A stretch of DNA of 64,000 nucleotides from the NCBI GenBank assembly GCA_951406725.2, contig OX597824.1, forward strand, positions 62,930,001-62,994,000, read 5' to 3'. The notes under the pieces are model-generated. The model was given only the letters and a program-made list of their open reading frames with translations, had not been told where the DNA came from and did not search any database. This document shows, piece by piece, positions 55,177 to 64,000 of the stretch (the first letter of the stretch is position 1; each line of letters opens with the position of its first letter). The DNA comes from Octopus vulgaris. Its lineage: Eukaryota. The position numbers were made by a program, and so were the translations under genes.

Positions 55177-56464
55177 CGAGGGGCGTTCAATAAGTAATGC
55201 CCCTGACCCACTTCCCATAGCAGTAGAGCAACAAAACTTGGCACAGTTATTAGTCTTTATCTACATAGGAACCATCCAAAGTTACGCATTTCTCCCATTG
55301 TTTCATGCAGCTCTGGAGACCGTTTGTGTAGAAGACCCAAGCTTGGTCCTCCAACCTGAACGTGACTTCAGAAATCAAGGCTGCATCATCTGGGAAACGC
55401 TTTCCTTTCAAAAACAACTTCATGACTGGGAAGAGGTGAAAATCAGAGGGTGCAAGGTCAAGAAAGTAGGGGGATGGGGGAGGAGTTCATAGCCATACGC
55501 CTGTGCTTCTGATCTGGCGACAAGCGAGTTGTGGACCGGAGCGTTGTCCTGCAGGAGGAGGATGTCTTTGCTGATCTTGCCCCGCCTCTTGATTTTGATA
55601 ACTTCTCTTAATTTCCTCAAAAGTGAAGCATAATAGGCTCCTGCAATTGTGGTACCCTTTGTCAGGAAATCTGTCATCACTACTCCGTCCTGGTCCCAGA
55701 AGACTGTGAGCATGACCTTGCCAGCGGAGGGCTGCACCCTTGCCTTCTTTGGAGGGGGTGAGTCACGGTGCTTCCACTGCATTGACTGGGCTTTGGTCTC
55801 TGGATCATAGTGATGGACCCAGGTTTCATCCTGTGTAATCTGTCTTTTGAAAAATGTTGACTCATCTTTTGGCACATCTCCAAATTCACCCTCGAGCACT
55901 CGACGCGTTCTTGCTTCTGGAAAGGCGTGAGCAACCTGGGAATCCATCTGGCAGACACCTTTTGCATATGCAAATGGTCATGAATTATAGTTTCCCCAGA
56001 CCCGGTACTAATCTTGACCTCATGGGCTATTTGGCGAATAATTATGCGTCGATCTTCCAAAATGGCAGCCTCAACTTGACGACAGATGCCTCATCAATGG
56101 CAGAAGGGGCGACCAGATCTGGGAGCTGTTTCCACAGAGTTCCGACCATGTTTGAATTCACGATGCCAGCGTTTTAGAAGGTCATATGATGGGGCATCAT
56201 CACCATAAGTTACTTTCATTTCATCAACAGTCTCCCGTGGTGTGCGTCCTTTCAAATACAAAAACCGGATCACTGCTCGACACTCAACAGGCTCCATTTC
56301 ACAATTGACTCGGTTCAAACACCTGTAAATCAGAAACCACAATTAATTCAGAGCTGTAATTTGCCGCTTTCTCTATATAGATATAAATGATTGCACATGC
56401 AAAATTTCAGCTAGATCAAACAACTGCAAGTGGGTCAGAGGCATTACATATTTAACATCCCTCG
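55177..56464 (-). mobile_element. Full-length (1288 bp) mariner, DD34D transposase pseudogene with frameshifts
   Basis: TA-flanked TIRs CGAGGGGCGTTCAATAAGTAATGC / GCATTACATATTTAACATCCCTCG; RAVIRFL, RSGRP, WIPRLLT, DETWVHHYDPE, QDNAPVH, LPHPP. Confidence 0.96.
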
Positions 56465-56649
56465 TATATACATATATATATATATAAAGTAATGTTTGTT
56501 GGTGCTTCAACGTGGGTGTTTCATACAGAACAACATTACTACTTTTTTTTAGCCCAGAACACCTCCTCCAGCTGGTTAATGACACAACGTATGTCTGATA
56601 TGTTGAGAGCAGGGGAGCGAATCCCTACCATATAGCGATTTGACAAGAC

Positions 56650-56695
56650 CAGTAGACCAACCTGGTTTCAGGCTATTTGCCCTTTTTCAGTACTG
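56650..56695 (-). ncRNA. Type I hammerhead motif with GUC site, G8->A (likely inactive)
   Basis: CAGTA CTGAAAA A GGGC AAATA GCCT GAAA CCA GGT TGG TC TACTG. Confidence 0.65.
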
Positions 56696-56771
56696 TTATC
56701 AGCACCAAGCAATGTTTAGGCATAAGCAAACTTTAGATTAGTTAAACTGTGTTTGTGACACACTTCAACTT

Positions 56772-56913
56772 CTGTAATTCAGAAACCACAATTAATTCAG
56801 AGCTGTAATTTGCCACGTACTCTATAGAGATATAAATGATTGCACATGCAAAATGTCAGCTAGATCCAACAATTGCAAGTGGGTCAGAGGCATTACTTAT
56901 TGAACGTCCCTCG
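56772..56913 (-). mobile_element. Second copy of the mariner 5' end/TIR
   Basis: Direct repeat of 56323-56464 with several substitutions. Confidence 0.9.
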
Positions 56914-58574
56914 AATATATGATGATGATGATAAATAATATCACCATGATAATGGTTTTTCAAATTTTGTTTTCAGTTATATATCCACAAGAGCTTTCAT
57001 GTTTTACAACACCCTAGATGTTTTAGCTTTTATTCTCTTGGCGACGGCAACTATAACTATGTGACGTTAATATGCTGTTTGCTGACAATCTACGACATAC
57101 TTTCTATATTTCGACAAATTTGGAGTGTATGTTATTTTTAAGTAAAATTATACTCAACTTTATACTATTGTCCATAGACAACCTTTCTACGCTTGATTTA
57201 CGATGTTTATCTATTCGCAATATCATGTGCTTTTGTTTTATTTACAGTCTGTTTATGAATCCCCACATACAAATAAACGGGGATTACCTACATACATTTC
57301 TGAAATTATATTCTTGTTGTTCACTCAGAATATATTTTATTGTTTTAATTGTTCATTGTGCTTTAATCGAAATTACCAATTATTATTTCTCTCCTTGTTA
57401 TTGTGAAATTATTTAATTTATGATGGTTTCGAATACAGATTTCTAAGGGTTGACTGTTTAGTTTGAGAGTCGAGCAAAGAAGGAATCAAGTTAAAATATT
57501 TGTTTTGCCGTCATATCTCGAGAGGGTGTATTTATAGTTGAGAATTTATTGGTCAACATGTTATAGTATTTTTCAAACTGCTGTGATATCAAACTCCTGA
57601 ATTTCTTAATGGAACAAATTAAGAAAAAAAAATTATAAAGTAATATTTTTCCACCAACCACGCTAAACTCACTCCGGATTTGTAAGTCTCTGTATCATTA
57701 CGTGCAGTTCTCATCTCCTATTAGAGTTCGATTATTTGCTTTAGTATGTAAAGCATACAGTAGATGGGCATGGGTCTTCATTTCAGGACCTAATATTTAT
57801 ACGATATGTTGATAGTATTGTGTTCTTACTTACTGCTTCTATATACGGGAATTTTTCATAAGCACACTATGAATTGATAACGAGGTAGAATTTGTTCCTA
57901 TTGTGAAGTTACGCATCGTAATTTATTGTCTAAAACTTCACCTTTGATCCAAAGACTGCCTGACATTTGGTGATTAGTCACTTACATTTGGTATGTGTCA
58001 AGATTCTGCGAAGTTTGTATATCACTAGTTTTCAACCTGATGCTATTGTCCGGCCAGAATCTGCTAATGATTTAAATTTATGCATTTGAAATTTGTTCCA
58101 TGCCCATGCGATATGTTTGCTCGACTATAAAGGATTATATGTAACTGCTAAAGTAAACCTGTATAATTTATCATTGTTTTAAAGTATGACTCATATTAAT
58201 GATCTTGTACATATGGAAATTATCTGTGTTTGTAAAGTCATGTATTTCTGAGGGAAAATCATTGAGAACATAATAGCAAACACATGTTCGTTATATCAAT
58301 CTATTTAATTGCATCATTTAGTCTAAAAGAATAGTGTAAGTATAGCAGATTATAAACTTCTTAAAACATTTAAAAGTGGATGTATAAAGCTGAATTGCGT
58401 ACTGTCTTAATCACACATTAATGGGTAAAGTTCTGAAGAAATTCAAATATATTTTAAACCTGAATAAATTTTGCAAGCATTCAACTATTTCTTGTTCGTG
58501 TAGTAGGAGATCTTGGGTAACTTATCCAAGTAATTATGGATTTGACATATTGCCACTATGCCGGCATTATCGAG

Positions 58575-58955
58575 GGTGGAAATAAATCGATTACATCGAC
58601 CAGTGCTCATCTGGTACTTATTTTATCAATGCCGAAAGAATGACAAGCAAACAGACATGACAAATGCTGCCGAGCATTTTCCCGGTGAGCTAACGATTCT
58701 GTCAGCTCCCTGGTCATCCAAGAAAATATTAATATTGGACGAAGGCGGCTACCTACCAGAACTTTTAGCAGGGTCGACACAAGTCTTAGCGGCATTTTGT
58801 TCATCTTTAAGTTCTTAGTTCAAATCCCGCCGAGGTCGATTCTGCTTTTCACCCTTTAGGAGTCAATAAAATAAGAACTAGTTTAGTAATGTGGAACACG
58901 TAATCGACCACCCACTCCCTGGAAATTTCCGGCATTGCGCCTAGAGTAGAAAGGA
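58575..58955. mobile_element. Two degenerate SINEs (31819 family) in divergent orientation
   Basis: 58575-58715 (-) and 58743-58955 (+) with GTTCAAATCCCGCCGAGGTCGA. Confidence 0.7.
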
Positions 58956-60289
58956 AATAATTATCAATTCGGGTCAACATCACAAATTACAAATTACAAC
59001 AACGATAAAGAAGTTCCACTAACAATACATGTTAACGTTTGTATAAATTAAAATCCCTCTAAGTATTACATTTGTAACAGTAAGGGAAGTCAGTGAGACT
59101 CAATTTTGAGATAGCCCTGAAGTACATAGGTATTATCAATGCATTGCAATTGAGAAGAACCCAACCTGTCGTAGGCAACGTGTATCTAGGACTACATTAT
59201 GTTAGATATCCTTCTATGCCTACAGAGATGAAATATTACCTAAAAGAGTCTTCGATTAATGCTGTTCCATAGTTGATTGAAAAGCCAAAAACTTTTTTAA
59301 CTTTGTGCATAATACAGCTTTTGTCGTTTTACACATACATTCCTCTTGATCTGATGATATTATGCCAACGTTATCTTCTTGTAAATTATGATTATTTGCG
59401 AGAAACGTAAAATACACGATTCTTATTTGAATACAGAAAACAGAGATTAGAATATAGTTTTAATTTGAGCATTTCAAAAGCATTAGAGAGCATAGCATAA
59501 TGGAAAAAAAACACTTAAGAACATAAACACAACGGAAGATATAAATATGATTTAAGAAAGCACAAAGAAACATGTTTTCAAGAATCACATGCAATATTCT
59601 TAAAACCAGTATTGACATAAAAAAATTTAAAGATATTTGAATAGGAGACAATTTTAGCTGAGATTTAAAACCAAATCAGAATTCTACCACGCTGGTATGT
59701 ATTTCATTTACAACGTTTGCAGTGATGCTAAAACTGTTTACATCTAAAATATGCTCCCCACACACATACACATACATAGATATATATGTGTGTGCGGGCG
59801 CGCGTGTGTGCATGCATATATGTATGTAGGCATGTATGTATGTACGTATGTATGTCTACTAGTATTTTAAGTCTTGAAATACGAAGTATGTACACACACG
59901 CACGCACATATATATGTATATATGGAGGTGAGAGAAAATTAAGATTAAAAGACGATCTTTTCAATAAAGAAAGCACTGATCAATCTACTGTCCAAAACAA
60001 AAGCAATTACAACCCGACAAAAGGGAGAACCAAAATACTAAGTACATTTTCTGAGTTTATGTCCACTTTCCCTTAAAATGAACTTCCATTTCCTAAACAA
60101 GAGTCCATTACTAGTCGGGAAGAATAGAATGGAAAACTATACATGACTTCAAAAAATAACAATAGTCATAAAACAAACTTATAAGCGATGTGTTGTAGTT
60201 TATATATGGAACTGCATAAAAATATCGCATTAACTTTACTCCAAGACACCATGCACTATAAAATAGTAAGCAACTAGCGACAAATATAA

Positions 60290-62390
60290 ACAATGTTTCA
60301 ACTTAACATTCTCATCGACCAACGCGGAAGTGGCTTAACTTATAAAGATTTTATAACTAAAACTATTTTTGGTTTCAACAGATTTCTCAAACTTCACAAC
60401 AATAAAGCAATTTCTGATGCTTGCAAAGAATCACACACATTGCATAAACACGCCTTTCTGAAGGACAGAAATTAAGACTGATCCGAGACACTGGCTGTGA
60501 AACTCACAGGCATAGCAACATACTTGACGTGTTGTTAAAAACTTTCTTAAAATTCATACCAAGTTTCATAAGGGATAAACTTGACCTATTATGCCACCTC
60601 CTGAAAAGTTAAGAGGAATATCATAAGTGGTACATTTCATGTAATAATACATTATACCACTTTCGCAGAGAAGTACGAACAAGATACAATATCATTTTGT
60701 CTAAGAAATGTCCCTGATGAAATTCCTGACCGATTTGATCACAGAAGGATTAAAATTCATTCATCAAAACAACGTCTTCATCTTCGAGAAAAACACATAC
60801 CAACATACATCTGGAACAGCGATGATTACAAAAATAGCCTCAACATACGTGATCTTAGTTATGGCATGTCTGGAAGGCCTAATGTATGAACAGGACAAAT
60901 AAAATTACATATCAATTTTCAAAATTATCTGGTGAAAGTTTGGATACGATGCTCAGATGACTGCCTTTTCTCTGGATATAGAGCCTAAATGAATTCAATG
61001 ATTTCGAGTTCCTACTCGGTCGCATCATTAAGGTTTTTCAGTTCACCATGGAACCGACATCAACAACAAAGGGACTTTAAACAGTGACGATTTTTTTCAT
61101 GCCACCTAAATCATGCCCGATCCAATATCACATTCGTCCTAGTAGAATTTGAACAATTGTCTCCAGACCGGATGGTCATAACCAAAGACGACTTCAATTG
61201 AAAGATGCACTACTTGAATGAGAGTAACCGTATTATCGGACATAGAATAGAAAAGAATGCGCTAAAGTAAAAGACATTGAAACATTGCAAGAAAGCAAAA
61301 ACTGTTCAGATGGACCAAAACTATATCTTTAATTCCACCCCACCCATGCACCCCCAGAAACACAGAAATAATCAGCATTATATATCAGAACATATTGTTA
61401 TTGAGCCAATACCCAAGAATGAAAAAGGCACTTGAAACATATAAAATAATGAAATGCAAACGGCAAAAAGTTCCTAAAAATTATTTACCAGCGCGAAACT
61501 AGGCTGCCGCCTCGACTCCAACACTTGAAATGTGGAAATTGAGAAAATTTAAATCTATTTTTTACTGAGAAAATGTTATTTTACATTTTTTCAAAAAATT
61601 AGCATTTGCCATCAAATGCAAATGAAACTCACAGAATGAGATTAGATATTCATTGTATACAAATACGCAATTCCAAAACAAGAAATATTCTACTTAGTTA
61701 ACATCTGTCACAAGCCCAAAAACCAAATCTCACAGATTTTGCGTCTTTCCCACACTGTCAATACTGCAGACCAAACAAGAAATAAGGAAAGTTCTTTTAT
61801 TAAAAAACATACCAGCCACTGCAGAACAGGCAATGAAAAAAAAAACATCCGCAATACACGATTTTTATTTTGTATTTGGCTTCATAATTAAGAAAACCAA
61901 ACTTCATGCAGAAGCTATCTCTATATTATTTACTTCACACCTTATCTTATTTACCCCACACCTTAGTAATAACTAATGGATAAGTTTTAGCATATTCAAT
62001 GAGAGGGAACTAACACTAATTTATAACAGTATTGTTCTACAGAATAATAATAATTACTGTAGTATTCTTATATAAACAATTATTATATCACTTACTCATA
62101 TCTCTTTTACCTAACTGCCATATGATATATTCAATGCTTTTATGGGACTTTTTCGCACGGCTACCAAACGAAAGTTGATCAATGAATTTGTACGTAATGG
62201 GCAAGTGTTCTGAGTTACATACCTACTTTAATAACAAATTGTTTTATAACAACGGCCACAATAGTCAGAATTCATAACCCATCTCATTACGCTATATGCG
62301 TTTGACAATTTAATCCGAAACCAGTTAAGTTTACTCTATATGTTAAAATGGAATAAAATTTTGATGAATTCAAATACAATCTCAGTGCAT
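60290..62390 (+). mobile_element. Decayed Penelope-like element (RT and downstream region)
   Basis: LITEGLKFIHQNNVFIF..YQHTSGTAMITKIASTYVILVMACLE; WIRCSDDC; FQFTME; many stops and frameshifts. Confidence 0.85.
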
Positions 62391-62515
62391 TTCATATATA
62401 TGTGTGTTTGTGTGTGCGCGCGCCTGTGTGTATGTGTATATACATATACATAAATATCTATAAAGATATTCATGCATATATATACATATATATATGTATA
62501 TTTATATGTGCGTGT

Positions 62516-62560
<45 letters not shown>

Positions 62561-62779
62561 ACAATATAGGGTGAAATTAATTAATTTGGAATAATTATTA
62601 ATTACACCAAGTAGATTTCGGCATGTAAAAGCCTCATTCGAGGAAAATTTAAGTAATACTAAGCAATTAAGGGTTTAGCAACGAATTGCCTCACCACACA
62701 CCGAATTTAGAAATAGCAGTCAAAGAGTTATAGCTATTCTTTCTACTAAAAGGGAGATCTCAGTAAAAACACAGGAAAC

Positions 62780-63490
62780 CCATTCTCCCTTTACATAGAA
62801 AATAACTGGAAGCGATATCTAAATGACTGCTTCAATATTTGACATGAAAGTATAAAGAGGCTTAAATAATTTCAAGCACTTCTAAATAGATATCACATTC
62901 AATTTATTATGGGTTATAACCATCAACAGCTTCCCTTCCTCGACATCCTCATTAAAAAATCCAACAGAAAAATAGAAATAGACATATACTATACATGAGC
63001 TAAAGCATACACTCATCAGCAGGAATTACCCACCATCACTAATTCATAGACTTTTTAAACGTGCCCTAAACTCAACATCTACGAACACAGATATCCCAAT
63101 GTAAAGAAAGTATTACAACCAAATTTCCTATCATGCATATCCATACACAACCTCCCAAACAATAAAGCCTTCGACATCCTCCTCCAGAACATTTCTTTAC
63201 TGAAAAGGGACCGTAGAATGAATCAAATCTTCCAAACTCACACCATTATAAAGAGCAAAAGACTATCTAAGTGAATGAAAAGTCTTCTAACACAAGCCCA
63301 ACAACGACAGCAAAACATGTCGAAGACATAACTGTGGTATATGTGTCAACCTAATTGAAAAATCAGAGTTCTCCTCTAAATAGTGTCAATGTTTTACAGT
63401 GAAAGACAACTTCACATGTGCTTCGGAAAACCTGATATATGTGTTAATGTGTCGAGAGCAATATACTGGTCAAACTAAAATCAGTCTACA
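62780..63490 (+). mobile_element. Penelope-like fragment (RT thumb to GIY-YIG)
   Basis: QLPFLDILIKK..IDIYY; CRRHNCGIC; FTCASENLIYVLMC..QYTGQT. Confidence 0.85.
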
Positions 63491-64000
63491 TATGTGTGTG
63501 TGTATGTATGTATGCATATAAACCTATAATATACTATATACGCGTATATATGATATATGTATGTCAATGTTTGTTTTATGTTGTTATACACACAGATATA
63601 CATATAATTTTAATGAGGAAAAGGGAATGGAAATTCTCATTAAAACTGTTTCTCAAAATGGACATTTTAGTCCTTCTCATACAATGTTATGTAATGCTGG
63701 TTACAATATATTAAACTATATAACAATTTTATTGTCCATTCGCTTCCTCACATGTGACCTTTTGAAGACATCAGCGACTAAATGAATGATTTGGCAGGAG
63801 CTCATTTAAGCGTGTCACAATATGCAAATACACCGAATACCAATAGCTTTTACTTGATATCTCCCTTAGTTTTTCAGAGAATAATTGTTAATATTATGCA
63901 TAGAACTAAGTCAAAGTAATATTAAAATAAAGCCGGTTGGAATTTAACTTATACAATAATCCCTCGACTATTGGGGTGTTACATTCTAAACCCCCGCCCT

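Overview
AT-rich, microsatellite-dense eukaryotic DNA. Its SINE families and repeat landscape indicate a cephalopod, most likely Octopus (recognition, not a database hit). No intact host protein-coding gene is supported. The window is a patchwork of decayed transposons: two R4/Dong non-LTR elements head-to-tail in (CATA)n, CR1 and RTE LINE pieces, five Penelope-like (PLE) fragments, mariner/Tc1/pogo and a probable Academ remnant, plus tRNA-derived SINEs. The main unexplained signal is more than a dozen compact type I hammerhead-ribozyme folds from about ten unrelated short repeat families, mostly beside (TA)n tracts and often in inverted-repeat arms. Several have non-canonical cores: a cleanly folding G3:C8 swap (20731-20780), a U3:A8 variant and recurrent U4->C. 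One family joins a tRNA-like Pol III head, an (AAT)n linker and a hammerhead tail. Other notable events are a 66-bp identical inverted templated insertion copied from 7 kb away, a ~210-bp RTE target-site duplication and a duplicated mariner end. All folds and translations were done by eye, and no activity is shown.
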